Source of the DNA: Cyanophyceae cyanobacterium
GTDB taxonomy: Bacteria > Cyanobacteriota > Cyanobacteriia > Cyanobacteriales > Laspinemataceae
DNA length: 64,000 bases
NCBI GenBank assembly: GCA_038321985.1
Contig: JBBQFN010000008.1
Location: forward strand, 125,629-189,628
Direction: 5' to 3'
Notes under the pieces: generated by a model
What the model was told of the DNA's origin: nothing
Databases searched by the model: none
The model's input: the letters and a program-made list of their open reading frames with translations, nothing else
Program-made: the position numbers and the translations under genes
Part shown: positions 47,880 to 59,227 of the stretch, piece after piece
Position numbering within the stretch: the first letter of the stretch is position 1
Layout: every line of letters begins with the position of its first letter

Positions 47880-50444
47880 TCACTTTATATTGGGGAGCAA
47901 AAGTAAAGTATCAACCGTATTTGCTTCTACCCCAGAACGACGACTCACCATGGGATAATACTTTAAATTGCGCCAGAGTTCTAGCAAATCAGTATAATGA
48001 CGGTGGAACGCATGACCCGATTGTCCTGTAGAAGCAACAGCAACCGACGCGTTTAAATCGCTCAAATCCAGAATCATGCGCATTGAGGGAATCCAGGTCA
48101 CATCAAAGGATTTACTAGCATCCCAAGCCATTGCATTAACAATCGCATTACTACCGGAAATCGGTCCTCCACTGCGATTAAAAATTGCTTCAATGGGAGG
48201 AATTCCTGATTGACCTAAACTTTGATTCTTAAAGGTCACTTGATGTAAATCCCCCCACTGCCAATTCCCAGGATTACTGCCTAACCATTTTTCGAGTTCT
48301 TCCACTGCTTCAGCAAATGCTTGCTGAAAGATAAAATCACGATTTTCTACTTCCGGGGTCAGGACATTATCCCACCAAAAACTATCCGGGTTTTTGACTA
48401 AATCTGCTATAACTTTTACCCACCGCGTTCCACCATTCGGCCAGTATCCTTCGAGCAAATTATCATGAAACGTGGCTTTCAGTAAATGTTGCCAAAATTC
48501 TTCAAAAATAGCGGCTTCCGTACTATTTGCTCCCTCTTGAAAGTTCCAGCCTCGTAATAAATCTCGAATCATTTCCAGGCGGGAATCCTCAAAATTTAAA
48601 GTGAGCAAGATTGGGACCAAATTTTCAGCATTAAGATTTTTATTGTCTCCTTGCATTGCTCGGAAAGATTCAAAATCAAACCCAGTTCCCCGTTCTTTCA
48701 CCATTTCCAAAATCCGTTGAGCACGAAATCCATAATCCCAGTCTTTAGTAATCAAATAGGGATAACTTTCAGGAATCACCGCCTGATTAGCTGTGACAAC
48801 ATAACCCTCAGTAGGATTGAACGTAAACGGGAGTTGATCAAAGGGAAGGTAGCCGTTCCACTCGTAAGCATCTGTCCAACCCGGGGCAGGATAACGACCA
48901 TCTCCACCTGTTCTTTTTGGAATTTTACCGGGCATTTGGTAGCCAATATTACCTTCAATATCGGCATAGAGGAGGTTTTGAGGAGCAATATCAAAATCCT
49001 GGGCAGCGGCGCGGAAATCTTGCCAATTTTGCGCTTGATTTAGTTGAATAATAGCCGGAAATAGACGGGCCGGTTCTAAAGCAGTCCACCGCAAGGCGAT
49101 CGCATAGTTCTCCGGGCGATCGCTGGCAAGATTGGGAAAAGTTAAGGGTTTGAGTTTGGGATAAGTTTCCGATATAATTGGCCCATGCCGGGTGTAACGC
49201 ACGGTTTCTAATTGAGGCTTTCCTCCCGCAATTTGGATAGTTTCGGTGACTTGTTCCATGTCTACCCATTTACCATTCACTTCATACTGATTCGCATTAT
49301 CGGGATTAATTTTTTCTACATAAAGGTCCATTGTATCCGCACCGACATTAGTAAATCCCCAGGCAACGCGATCGGTGTGACCAATAATTACTCCTAGCAT
49401 TCCCGCGAAGGAAAAACCGGTGGTATCATAAGGACAATTGCCGCTTTTTGGAGTACAATGCAAGCCGATTTCATACCAAATTGAAGGCATTTGAACGCCT
49501 AAATGAGGGTCATTTGCCAATAGGGGTTTTCCCGTAGGGGTTTTTGCTCCAGAAACGACCCAACTGTTAGAACCAATTTCCCCACCCCGGGGCGAGGTCA
49601 AAGTAGCAAGGGCGGAGATTTGTGCAGAAATAGAGCCCAAGGTTGGCGAAAGCACTGAGGCGATCGCCCGAATCGGCAATTCTCCAGTTTCTCCTCGGGG
49701 AATTTTGCCTAACTCATTACCGATTTCGTGGGCATTTTCTCGGGCAAATTTCCAATCCGGCACAATCACCGGAGATTGACTGGAATAGGGGGGAAATAGC
49801 TGATCAATCTGTTCTGAAGAATAGGTTTTTAGTAACACAGCCCGTTCGATTTCATCATCCATATTTTTTCCTAAATCCCAGGCCATCACCTTAGCCCAAG
49901 TTAGGGTATGTTCCGGTTGCCAAGGTTCGGGCTTATAGCTGGAATTCATGAACTTTAAAATGCCATATTCTAAACTGAGGCCCGTGCCGTGATGTTCCCC
50001 TAGATAAGCATTGACTCCTTCGGCATAAGCGCTTAAAATAGAGAGAAATTCATCAGGCAAAGTTTGAACTTCGGCTTTGGCAATTCTGGCCCATCCTAAT
50101 GTGCGTAAAAACTGATCGGTTTTCAGTTGAGATTCGCCAAACAGTTCGGACAAACGACCCGCGCCGAGATGCCGCCAAAAATCCATTTGCCAAAAGCGGT
50201 CTTGGGCGTGAACGTAACCTTGTGCTAAAAATAAATCGTGAGGATTAGAGGCGTAAATGTGGGGAATTCCATACGCATCCCGGCGCACTTCAACGCGATC
50301 GCGCAGTTGGGGTAAGAGAATCCGCCCGGATTGTTGAGGCCAAGAATCGGTAACCCAATATAAAGTCAGCGAGGCCACGGTCAGAGTTAAAACTAGAGCA
50401 GTCGCCCCAAAGATTTGAAAAAATTTACGCAACTTAGGCATCAT
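47880..50444 (-). CDS. Penicillin acylase family (Ntn hydrolase, peptidase S45)
   Basis: RDAYGIPHIYA, QDRFWQMD, GSNSWVV (nucleophile Ser) and LANDPHL. N-terminal anchor. ATG 50444 preferred over TTG 50510. Confidence 0.92.
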   Translation of the reverse strand: MMPKLRKFFQIFGATALVLTLTVASLTLYWVTDSWPQQSGRILLPQLRDRVEVRRDAYGIPHIYASNPHDLFLAQGYVHAQDRFWQMDFWRHLGAGRLSELFGESQLKTDQFLRTLGWARIAKAEVQTLPDEFLSILSAYAEGVNAYLGEHHGTGLSLEYGILKFMNSSYKPEPWQPEHTLTWAKVMAWDLGKNMDDEIERAVLLKTYSSEQIDQLFPPYSSQSPVIVPDWKFARENAHEIGNELGKIPRGETGELPIRAIASVLSPTLGSISAQISALATLTSPRGGEIGSNSWVVSGAKTPTGKPLLANDPHLGVQMPSIWYEIGLHCTPKSGNCPYDTTGFSFAGMLGVIIGHTDRVAWGFTNVGADTMDLYVEKINPDNANQYEVNGKWVDMEQVTETIQIAGGKPQLETVRYTRHGPIISETYPKLKPLTFPNLASDRPENYAIALRWTALEPARLFPAIIQLNQAQNWQDFRAAAQDFDIAPQNLLYADIEGNIGYQMPGKIPKRTGGDGRYPAPGWTDAYEWNGYLPFDQLPFTFNPTEGYVVTANQAVIPESYPYLITKDWDYGFRAQRILEMVKERGTGFDFESFRAMQGDNKNLNAENLVPILLTLNFEDSRLEMIRDLLRGWNFQEGANSTEAAIFEEFWQHLLKATFHDNLLEGYWPNGGTRWVKVIADLVKNPDSFWWDNVLTPEVENRDFIFQQAFAEAVEELEKWLGSNPGNWQWGDLHQVTFKNQSLGQSGIPPIEAIFNRSGGPISGSNAIVNAMAWDASKSFDVTWIPSMRMILDLSDLNASVAVASTGQSGHAFHRHYTDLLELWRNLKYYPMVSRRSGVEANTVDTLLLLPNIK

Positions 50445-50650
50445 AAAATAAGCGCTATAAGTAGGGGCTAATTCCAAGAGTTCTGTTCCAATTGTCTCAA
50501 ATTTTGACAACTTTTAATCCGGGGCAAGAAACAGAAATGAACCGTCCGTTTATCTCATCCCATCCGGCGTATTTAAACTCTTACCCTCTTCTCTACAAAC
50601 CGTTTTAAGCTCCCTAGACCGGCGAAGGATTGAACCCCCGCTGATTCTTT

Positions 50651-53600
50651 CTACTTAACCGCCAAATTCTTAACCACCGTAATCAAATGATCGGGTTGAA
50701 TTGGCTTAGAGATATGCTGGTCAAAGCCCGCATTCAGTGCGCGAGTGCGATCGCTATCTCGGGCATAGGCAGTCAGCGCCACAGCGGGGAGGACCGATTG
50801 GGAATCCGACTCCTGCTTTCTCACTTCCCGGATCAAAGAATACCCGTCCAATTCAGGCATCCCAATATCACTGACTAAAACATCCGGTTTCTGCTCAGCG
50901 ATCGCCCCTAGTGCCTGGGTGGCCGAAGAGACCCCAATCACCATCGCCCCAGCCATTTCCAAGGTTGTCCTCAAAAACTCTAAAGTATCGGCCTCATCAT
51001 CCACGACCAGCACCCGCAGCCCTTTTAAGGGAACCTCATTCCCTAGATCCCCCTCTTCCACCGTCGCCTCGGGGACATCCTGCACCGAGTCGTTGCTCTC
51101 AGTGCGTTGTAATAGGGGCAAATTCACCGTAAAGGTTGCGCCCTTGCCTTCTCCCTCACTATACGCCCGAATGCTGCCCCCGTGCATTTCCAGTAAATGC
51201 CGCACGATCGCCAACCCCAAACCCAGACCCCCATAAGATCGCGTCGTGGTACTATCCGCTTGCCGGAACCGCTCAAATACAAAGGGCAAAAAGTCCGGCG
51301 CTATCCCCATCCCCGTATCTGCCACTTCAAAAATGGCAAAATTGCGCGATCGCTTCAACCGGACCTCAACCCGTCCCTCACTTGGGGTAAACTTAATCGC
51401 ATTCGAGAGCAAATTCCACACCACTTGCTGAATCCGATTAATATCCCCGGAGACTACCCCGACAGATTTGCTGATATTCGGGATGAGCTGGATCTGCTTA
51501 GCTTGCGCGCTGGGACGCAAAGAGTCGATCGCTGCATTGATCGCCCGACTCAAATCCACGGGTTCCAAACTCAGAGCCACTTTTCCCCGCAGAATTCGGG
51601 AAACATCTAATAAATCCTCAATGAGCTGGGTTTGCGCTCGGGCGTTGCGCTCGATGGTCTCTAGAGCGCGGTCCGTTGTGGCTTGATCAAACTTGCGAGT
51701 GCGCAGTAACTGTGCCCAACCTAACATCGCATTCAGCGGTGTTCGCAACTCGTGAGAGACGATCGCCAAAAATTCATCTTTCATACGGTTAGCTTCTTGG
51801 GACTCACGATACAACCGGGCATTATCAATCGCAAACCCAGCACGGCGCGCCAGTTCCTCTGCCAGCATCAAATCCTCTGCTTTGTAAAGGCGACCGGACT
51901 CGGCTCCGGCAAAGCTGATTGCGCCCAGGGTCCGCCCCCGAGCCACCAACGGCACAATCGTAGAAGACTTGCAGCCCAGTTCCTGCATCAGTCTGAGATG
52001 TTCCTCATCCCGAGCGGCAGCAACCCGCATTTCCTCCGTCAATTCCGTAATCAGCGTGGGCTTACCGGAGGAGACCACTTGGACAATACCATCGTTATGG
52101 GTTAAATCCAGGGGATAATACTGTTCGATCTCACGTAACAACCCCTCTTTTGCCGGATCTACATGAGCCATTGCTAATCCGGAGATTTTCCCTCCCTCCT
52201 CGACCATATAAATGATACAGTAATCGGCGATCGTCGGAACCACCAAATTTGCGAAACTCTTGAGGGTAGTGGGGTAGTCCAGAGACGAAGCCAGAACCGA
52301 AGACACCTCAGCGAGGAAATATTGCCGCTGTTCTGCTTGTTGACGTTCCGTAATATCCCGTCCAACGCCCACAATCCCGGTGACTCGTCCCTGGGGATCG
52401 CACAAGGGAGAGAGAGAGGTTTGACAGTATTGAGTCCCCTCGGGGGTATTGAAACTCCATTCATAGACGACGCTCTCCCCGGCTAGAGCTTTTTGATTAG
52501 CGTTGTTATGAAGCGCTGAGGCTTCAGGACCGAAAAGATCCGCCGCAGTTTTGCTCAGAAAATGTTCCGGCTCGACTCCGGTGCGCTCCAACCATCGCCC
52601 AAAAATCGCTGTATGGCGACCCTGACGGTCCAAGGTGAATACAATGTCATCCATTGAGTTAACCAACGTTCGGAAGCGTTCCTCACTTTCGCGCAGGGCT
52701 TCTTCGGCTTGCTTGCGATCGCTGATATCGGCCAAGATTGAGAGGTAGCTGACATTCCCCTTTGCATCCTGTAACGGGGCCGTCCAGATGGCAACATCGA
52801 TTGGTTTTCCCGCTTTAGTCTGACGACGAGTCTCCAATCCCATTAAAGGATTCCCCGCGAGGGTTGTGTCGATATTCCCTTGCAACTCCTCTCGTTTTTC
52901 TGCGGGAATGCCTAGGAACTGACGGCCAATGGCTTCCGCCTCACTCCATCCCAGAATCCTTTCTGCGCCTCGGTTCCACATTCTGACCTTCCCCGTGGCA
53001 TCCAAGACCATTACCGCCAAGGGGCAGGCTTGAATCAGGGCCTTGAGGGTCTGATTTGTTTCCCGTAAGGCTTCTTGAGTTTGTTTGAGGTCCGTGATAT
53101 CACGGCTGATACAGATTGCATGGTCAACCGACCCATCTAGGGCCTGTTCGGGAACCAAACGAGATTGATAATATCTCCTTCCCTTCGGAGTCGGTAAATA
53201 GCCTTCGACAATTCCCTCTTGTGCCGTTGTTAAGACTTCGCGGACACTTTTTTTCCACAGAACATCTATTTCGTCCGGGAATCCCAATTCAGAAAATGTT
53301 TTACCAATAAAGGCGTTTTGGGAAATGCCGGTAACTTGTTCGATCGCCTGATTCACGTACTGATACCGACCTTCCGAGTCCATCCTCGCGATGATATCCG
53401 GCGCATTTTCGGCTAACGCTTTGAATTCCTGCTCTCGACGGTAAAGTTCCTGTTCGATTTGTTTGCGTTCAGTGATATCCATGCAGACCCCGATCAGGCG
53501 ATCGCCATTTTTGGCATCATCCGGCAGTCGCTTGCCCAGACTCGCAATCCAGGCGACGGTGTGATCGGGTTTCACCACCCGGAATTCTACATTGAAATCT

Positions 53601-55297
53601 TGGCCTCGTTCCATGGTGGCGATCGCGTGAGCATTGAACCCGGCGCGATCGTCGGGATGAACGATTTTGATCAAGCTATTGTAAGTGCCGCCAAAGCTAC
53701 CCGCCTCTAACCCCAATAACTCATCAACAATCTCGGACTGGGCAATTTTACCCGTAGCGATATCCCAATCCCACATTCCCATCTGGGCCGCTTCTAGGGC
53801 TAAACGCAACCGTTCTTCACTTTCACTCAGGGCCGCTTGGGCTTGCTTGCGTTCGCTCAGGTCCAGAACAAAGCTGATCCCCATATTGGTGTAGTCTTGT
53901 AAGGGGACTTTACCCACCAACACCGGGATGCGACGGCCATCTTTGCGAATTAATTCCGTTTCAGTTGGGGTGCAGACTCCTGCGATCAGGCTTACCGTCA
54001 TCTCCTCATCATCGCTGTAGTCCACCGGGTTGAGATTCTGCCAGAGCACCCGCCGCGATCGCAAATCTTCCGGCGTATAGCCCACAATATCTAGAAATGC
54101 ATTGTTCGCTTCGCTGATGTTGCCGTGGCGATCGCCAAAAACCAATCCGATCAGGTTGGACTCATAGATGTGCCGAAATCGTTCTTCGCTCAGTTGGAGC
54201 GCTTCTGAAGCATACCGACTTTCGGTCACGTCCATGCAGACCCCAACCGCTCGTAGGGCTTTTCCCTCCTTGTCGTGCAAGACTTGACCCTTACATAACA
54301 CCCACCGGATCTCTAGATTGCCTCTGGGGATCCGAAATTCGATTTCATAATCCTGTTTATTTTGGATCGCCTTTTGAACCGCTTGCTCGAAAAGGGGGCG
54401 GTCCTCTGGATAAATCCCTTCCACAAAGGCTTCATAAGTGCCATCAAAGCTCCCCTGTTCGGAACCAAAAATCCGAGCTACCATCGCCGATCGCTTGACT
54501 TTCCCAGTTTGCAGATTCCACTCCCAGGTCCCCATTTGAGCCGCATCTAAGGCTAATTTACTGCGATGCTGGGACTCGCGCAGGCTATCTTCCGCTTTCT
54601 TTTGCTGGGTAATATCTTCGATGAACGCAACAAATCCTTTTACCTTCGCGCGGTGACCCCTGTCTGGAACGTAACTAGCGCGAATATAACGAGACTCTCC
54701 CCCAGAAATGGGAATTTTGGTTTCATAGGTAACGGACTGCCCGGATAATGCCACTTTGACATAAGGGAGAATAACTTGATACCCCGACTCTCCTAGAATC
54801 TCCTTGAGGTGCTTTCCCCTCAAAAAATCCTTAGAATGTCCGAACCACTCTTCGTAACATTTATTATTGAAACGATAGAGTTCTAAAGCATCCACATAAG
54901 AAATTCCGACCGGCAAGGAATCGGTCATCACCTCCAAAAAACTTTGGTTTTTTTGGAGTGCCAGCACCGCTTGCTGTTGGGAATCCTTGAGGGAACTGAT
55001 CATCAGGGTGGTTGAACTCAAGACCCCCACCCAAATCGCATCATCCCATCCCATACTCCAGGCAAACCCCGAGGGTTTAAAAAAATAGTCGAGGGTCGCG
55101 GCGGAGAGCACCGTTGCAAACAACCCAGGTCCAACTCCTCCATACCAAGCACTCACGGCTACCGCCGCCAAAAATAGCACCGAAGGAGTCAGTTCAATGA
55201 GTGGGAGTAGGAGTTGAGTCAGGCCAAGTGCGATCGCCACCGATGCGGTAGCAGCACCATACTTCAGCAGATGGGAGCGCTTGAATTTCCAGAACAT
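50651..55297 (-). CDS. Hybrid histidine kinase: DUF4118-like TM sensor, about 7 PAS, GAF, HisKA, HATPase, REC
   Basis: SAWYGGVGPGLFAT TM region, repeated PAS/PAC units ending DITE, SHELRTPL, GGLGLGL and LVSDIGMP. Confidence 0.93.
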   Translation of the reverse strand: MFWKFKRSHLLKYGAATASVAIALGLTQLLLPLIELTPSVLFLAAVAVSAWYGGVGPGLFATVLSAATLDYFFKPSGFAWSMGWDDAIWVGVLSSTTLMISSLKDSQQQAVLALQKNQSFLEVMTDSLPVGISYVDALELYRFNNKCYEEWFGHSKDFLRGKHLKEILGESGYQVILPYVKVALSGQSVTYETKIPISGGESRYIRASYVPDRGHRAKVKGFVAFIEDITQQKKAEDSLRESQHRSKLALDAAQMGTWEWNLQTGKVKRSAMVARIFGSEQGSFDGTYEAFVEGIYPEDRPLFEQAVQKAIQNKQDYEIEFRIPRGNLEIRWVLCKGQVLHDKEGKALRAVGVCMDVTESRYASEALQLSEERFRHIYESNLIGLVFGDRHGNISEANNAFLDIVGYTPEDLRSRRVLWQNLNPVDYSDDEEMTVSLIAGVCTPTETELIRKDGRRIPVLVGKVPLQDYTNMGISFVLDLSERKQAQAALSESEERLRLALEAAQMGMWDWDIATGKIAQSEIVDELLGLEAGSFGGTYNSLIKIVHPDDRAGFNAHAIATMERGQDFNVEFRVVKPDHTVAWIASLGKRLPDDAKNGDRLIGVCMDITERKQIEQELYRREQEFKALAENAPDIIARMDSEGRYQYVNQAIEQVTGISQNAFIGKTFSELGFPDEIDVLWKKSVREVLTTAQEGIVEGYLPTPKGRRYYQSRLVPEQALDGSVDHAICISRDITDLKQTQEALRETNQTLKALIQACPLAVMVLDATGKVRMWNRGAERILGWSEAEAIGRQFLGIPAEKREELQGNIDTTLAGNPLMGLETRRQTKAGKPIDVAIWTAPLQDAKGNVSYLSILADISDRKQAEEALRESEERFRTLVNSMDDIVFTLDRQGRHTAIFGRWLERTGVEPEHFLSKTAADLFGPEASALHNNANQKALAGESVVYEWSFNTPEGTQYCQTSLSPLCDPQGRVTGIVGVGRDITERQQAEQRQYFLAEVSSVLASSLDYPTTLKSFANLVVPTIADYCIIYMVEEGGKISGLAMAHVDPAKEGLLREIEQYYPLDLTHNDGIVQVVSSGKPTLITELTEEMRVAAARDEEHLRLMQELGCKSSTIVPLVARGRTLGAISFAGAESGRLYKAEDLMLAEELARRAGFAIDNARLYRESQEANRMKDEFLAIVSHELRTPLNAMLGWAQLLRTRKFDQATTDRALETIERNARAQTQLIEDLLDVSRILRGKVALSLEPVDLSRAINAAIDSLRPSAQAKQIQLIPNISKSVGVVSGDINRIQQVVWNLLSNAIKFTPSEGRVEVRLKRSRNFAIFEVADTGMGIAPDFLPFVFERFRQADSTTTRSYGGLGLGLAIVRHLLEMHGGSIRAYSEGEGKGATFTVNLPLLQRTESNDSVQDVPEATVEEGDLGNEVPLKGLRVLVVDDEADTLEFLRTTLEMAGAMVIGVSSATQALGAIAEQKPDVLVSDIGMPELDGYSLIREVRKQESDSQSVLPAVALTAYARDSDRTRALNAGFDQHISKPIQPDHLITVVKNLAVK

Positions 55298-56006
55298 ATT
55301 CCACCCTCTGAGTTAGCTAGCCCGCGCTCTGGGCAGAAGCCTTACCGGCGCGTCCATGTTTGCAGCAACGTTTATTAGTTTAGCGTGGCGAGCGATCGCG
55401 CCTTTTGCATGGGAGAGCAGGATATTCCTGTCCCTGGGGGTCTTACCCCTTGTTGGTCCAGACCAATATCCTCAAACTGTGGACTATGTGTAGGAACTGA
55501 CACCTTCCACTCATGGGAGTTCCTAGTTAATTGCGCAATATTTTGGCCGTCTCTATTCTTTTTTATCTTATTTATCCCGAGGTTTTTCATGGGTTTCTTT
55601 TTATTAAGTTCAGCCCTCCGAAGTGATTTTAATTTTATCATTTTTTTAAAGGGATTTCCGCACTACTCGCACGGGATGACCATTGCTCGAAGCAGGCTGA
55701 CTCAGGGATTTAGATCATGATGCAGGGCAATGGCGGCCTCTAGCTCCTGAGTAGGATCTTCTCAGCCACCGGCTCCCTTTTCTCCTTTTCCATGCGTTCT
55801 AACGTCTAAATAAGTTAGGCTCGCTCTCTACTTTTAGGATTTCCCCATTGCCTCTAGATCAGCGAGGGGCAATTCAGGAATCCCCCCTATATTTAAAGTT
55901 CAATCTCAAGATTTGCGTCAGACCTTTCAAAAATAAAGGAAGCGACCCGATTGCATCGTTTCGCTTCCCGCCCGATGTCCGGATTAAAAGCAATCCGCTG
56001 CTATCA

Positions 56007-56723
56007 CTACACCGTTGCCAAGGATTGCTTTTCTAGTGCCGGACGCTGGCTATGGCGAATGCCCTCAATCGCCTCGTGATAGTCCTTCGCACCAAATACA
56101 GCGGAACCGGCGACAATGGCATTGGCACCGGCTTCGAGAACTTGCCATGCATTGTTCCCTTTCAAACCGCCATCCACTTCAATCCAGGGGTCCAAACCGC
56201 GCGCATCGCACATTTGACGCAGCTTCCGGATTTTGGGGACCACACCGGGGATAAAACTCTGACCGCCAAAACCTGGGTTAACGCTCATGATCAACACCAA
56301 ATCGCAGAGATCTAAAACATATTCGATCAACTCTAAAGGGGTGGAAGGATTGAGCACCACACCAGCTTGTTTGCCAAGTTCCTTAATTTGACCGAGGGTC
56401 CGGTGGAGGTGAGGGGAGGCATTGTGTTCGGCATGAACCGAAATAATATCGGCCCCCGCGTTTGCAAAATCCTCAACATACCGTTCCGGTTCGACAATCA
56501 TCAAATGCACATCCAAGGGTTTGGACGTCACAGGACGAAGGGCTTTGACCACCAGAGGGCCAATCGTAATATTAGGCACAAAGCGCCCATCCATGACATC
56601 AATATGGATCCAATCTGCCCCGGCGAGGTCGATGGCCTGCACTTCCTCTCCCAGACGACTAAAATCTGCTGATAGGATGGAGGGAGCAATGACAATAGGT
56701 TTGTTTGATTGCGTTTGGGTCAT
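56007..56723 (-). CDS. rpe: Ribulose-phosphate 3-epimerase
   Basis: [32 protein letters not shown] and EVDGG motifs. Start 56723 preferred over 56741. Confidence 0.97.
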   Translation of the reverse strand: MTQTQSNKPIVIAPSILSADFSRLGEEVQAIDLAGADWIHIDVMDGRFVPNITIGPLVVKALRPVTSKPLDVHLMIVEPERYVEDFANAGADIISVHAEHNASPHLHRTLGQIKELGKQAGVVLNPSTPLELIEYVLDLCDLVLIMSVNPGFGGQSFIPGVVPKIRKLRQMCDARGLDPWIEVDGGLKGNNAWQVLEAGANAIVAGSAVFGAKDYHEAIEGIRHSQRPALEKQSLATV

Positions 56724-56774
56724 GGCTAACAAATTTTTCATCCGTCCGTCAAGTCGTATTCAGTTTAACAAAAT

Positions 56775-58457
56775 ATGAAGAAACTCCCTAATAATTGGCT
56801 GGTGTGTGGAGCAGTAACGGTGAAGCCCTTAAAAATTCGGACCGGGTTAATCCGACTCATCGGCGGCATCACCCCAGCTTTAATCGGGATTCCGGCAGTT
56901 GCGTTGCCCACTTCAATCAGTGAAATCGGCATTGATGCTCGCCGACTGCATGATGCGCCCTATAACTTAACCGGGAGAAAAATTGCGATCGGGCAAGTCG
57001 ATATTGGTCGCCCTAGAAAATTTGGCTTAGACAAAGAAGCTAATCTACATCGGGAAATCCCCGTCCAACAGGTTTTTATCCAGGATGCACCGGCTAAACC
57101 CAGTCCGACAGACGACCCCCAGATGAAACCTGCCGAACAACACGCTGAAAACGTTGCAGCGGTGATGATTAGTTCCGATAAGGCGTTTCCGGGAGTTGCC
57201 CCAGATGCCACCCTGTATGCCGCCGGGATTGGCTTATTACGACGCAGCGGACAGCCGGAAGAATGTTTAGCCGCTCAAAATCTGGCCGAACAAAATGGCG
57301 GCGATCTCAGGGCGATTAACTACAGTTTTGGTGAATCCCTAGCTCAGGACCCCCGCCCCCATGCCGTATTAGATGGGAATGCTCTGCTGACTCAATGTTT
57401 GGACTGGTCAGCCCGGGTCCATAATGTCCTTCATGTCGTGGCTGGAAATCAAGGACTGGGTGGCATTCCTATTCCCACTGATAACTACAACGGCATTAAT
57501 GTCGCTTTTACAACGCTCTATGAGGGCAAGTTTGCCAAGGTTGATCTGGCGAATATTGGCAGTGCCTTTAGTGGGATTACCAGCCGCTTGATTGGGTTAG
57601 AAGGGAATGTTGACAACCGCCGCGCGATTCACTTGGTGGCTCCAGGCAGTAACTTGGATTTATTGAGCTTAGATGGTCAAGTCACCCGAAGCAGTGGTAC
57701 CAGTTTTGCTGCGCCTCATGCCACGGCAACTGTGGCCCTGTTACAAGAATATGGCGATCGCCAACTAACTCAACAAGCCAATAATCCCCAGTGGACCCTC
57801 GATACCCGCCGTCATGAGGTGATGAAAGCGGTGTTAATGAACTCCGCTGAAAAAATAGAAGATAGCGGCGATGGTCAGCATTTGAAAATGACTCGCACGG
57901 TTTTTGCGCACCAGAACCGCACCTGGTTAGATTCGGACGCTTATCGCAATCAAGAGATTCCCCTGGATGGAGACCTCGGTGCTGGACATCTCAATGCTTA
58001 CCGTGCCTACCAACAGTTTAGTGCGGGTCAGTGGGGTCCCCAGAGTCCTGTACCGGCGATCGGTTGGGATTATCGCTCGATTGAGGCGAATGCTTATCAG
58101 GAATATCTCCTAGAACAACCCGTGTCTGCGGGCAGTTTTGTTTCCATCTCTTTAACCTGGAATCGTTGGGTTGATCTGGTTGATGGGAACAATAATGACA
58201 AATATGATATTGGGGAAGGGTTTCGCGATCGCGGTTTAAATAACCTGGAACTCTATCTGATGGCTGCCGATGAAACCGATACTCGCAAGAGTATTTGGTC
58301 CTCGGTCAGTAAGGTAGACAGTACGGAACATATTTATCATCCCATCCCCCAAACAGGCCGTTATAAGATCCGGGTGTACTTCCGCGATCGCCTGAATGAA
58401 TCTAGCCAACCCTACAGTTTGGCTTGGTGGACAACGACTACTCCTTCTACTCCATAA
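56775..58457 (+). CDS. Subtilase (S8) family serine protease
   Basis: Putative triad GQVDIG / QHAENVA / GTSFAAP, oxyanion-hole motif AGN, and a C-terminal beta-rich domain. Confidence 0.85.
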   Translation: MKKLPNNWLVCGAVTVKPLKIRTGLIRLIGGITPALIGIPAVALPTSISEIGIDARRLHDAPYNLTGRKIAIGQVDIGRPRKFGLDKEANLHREIPVQQVFIQDAPAKPSPTDDPQMKPAEQHAENVAAVMISSDKAFPGVAPDATLYAAGIGLLRRSGQPEECLAAQNLAEQNGGDLRAINYSFGESLAQDPRPHAVLDGNALLTQCLDWSARVHNVLHVVAGNQGLGGIPIPTDNYNGINVAFTTLYEGKFAKVDLANIGSAFSGITSRLIGLEGNVDNRRAIHLVAPGSNLDLLSLDGQVTRSSGTSFAAPHATATVALLQEYGDRQLTQQANNPQWTLDTRRHEVMKAVLMNSAEKIEDSGDGQHLKMTRTVFAHQNRTWLDSDAYRNQEIPLDGDLGAGHLNAYRAYQQFSAGQWGPQSPVPAIGWDYRSIEANAYQEYLLEQPVSAGSFVSISLTWNRWVDLVDGNNNDKYDIGEGFRDRGLNNLELYLMAADETDTRKSIWSSVSKVDSTEHIYHPIPQTGRYKIRVYFRDRLNESSQPYSLAWWTTTTPSTP

Positions 58458-58494
58458 AACTGCTTAAACTGATGGCTATGATCACCCCCTGGCT

Positions 58495-59007
58495 ATGACC
58501 AAGTTTCCGCCTAAATCCACCCCGGACCCCAAACGCCCCTCCTCCAAAATTCTTGACCAGAGCGATCAGCGAGTTCGCGCTCGTTATGGCGCATCCGGTT
58601 TGGGGGACGAGGGCCGGACCAGTCCCCCGGGCATTCTTACTCCTGAAGACCTCGAAAACAAAGACCTCGCCCACTTAGCCCTCTTTTTCTACTTCCTCCC
58701 CATCATCGGGTTTTTCCCCGCCTTGTGGACGTTATATCGCCACCAAGGTAGCCCGGAACAAAAAGCGATGTCCCGCCTAGCCATTACCCTCGCCTTCGGT
58801 TGGCTACTCGGATACATTTTCTTTGAAACTGGCGCAAGAAGTTCGGAATTACTAAATATTCCGCTGTTATTAATGAGTAGTGTGTTAACCTCGGGCTATT
58901 TTGTGGTAAATATTTGGCTGATGGTTCGTCTGGGGCAACGTCGGCCCCTGCGATTACCGGGAGTATCACGGGTTGCAGAGGACATTGTTGGCAAGCATTT
59001 ATCCTAA
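58495..59007 (+). CDS. Hypothetical membrane protein
   Basis: Three hydrophobic segments, with a LPIIGFFPALWTLY motif. Confidence 0.7.
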   Translation: MTKFPPKSTPDPKRPSSKILDQSDQRVRARYGASGLGDEGRTSPPGILTPEDLENKDLAHLALFFYFLPIIGFFPALWTLYRHQGSPEQKAMSRLAITLAFGWLLGYIFFETGARSSELLNIPLLLMSSVLTSGYFVVNIWLMVRLGQRRPLRLPGVSRVAEDIVGKHLS

Positions 59008-59213
59008 AAGATTAACTTAAGGCGATCGTGTGGCCTCTGCTAGTTTGAGGTATGGTATCCCTCGAAGGTTAATCCCTCTAGGACAATGACTCCCCCTAAT
59101 CCTCGGGAAAAGAAAACAGCCAAACAACGGTAACGGGTGTTCAACACCTGCACAACTGTTTGTCTATTTGAGCGTGAGGATGCTCATCAGACTGGATCGA
59201 TATATTTTTGAGT

Positions 59214-59222
59214 GTGTGAGGA
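59214..59222 (+). promoter_or_regulatory. Probable Yfr1 sRNA target site over the LCP gene RBS
   Basis: GTGTGAGGA, 5 nt before the in-frame GTG at 59228, is complementary to 9 nt of the conserved Yfr1 motif ACUCCUCACAC. Confidence 0.55.
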
Positions 59223-59227
59223 AGCCC

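Noticed and set aside
55375..55720. 88-aa and 111-aa ORFs in the kinase-rpe spacer
   Set aside because: Low complexity, mutually overlapping and without motifs; more likely promoter or UTR sequence.
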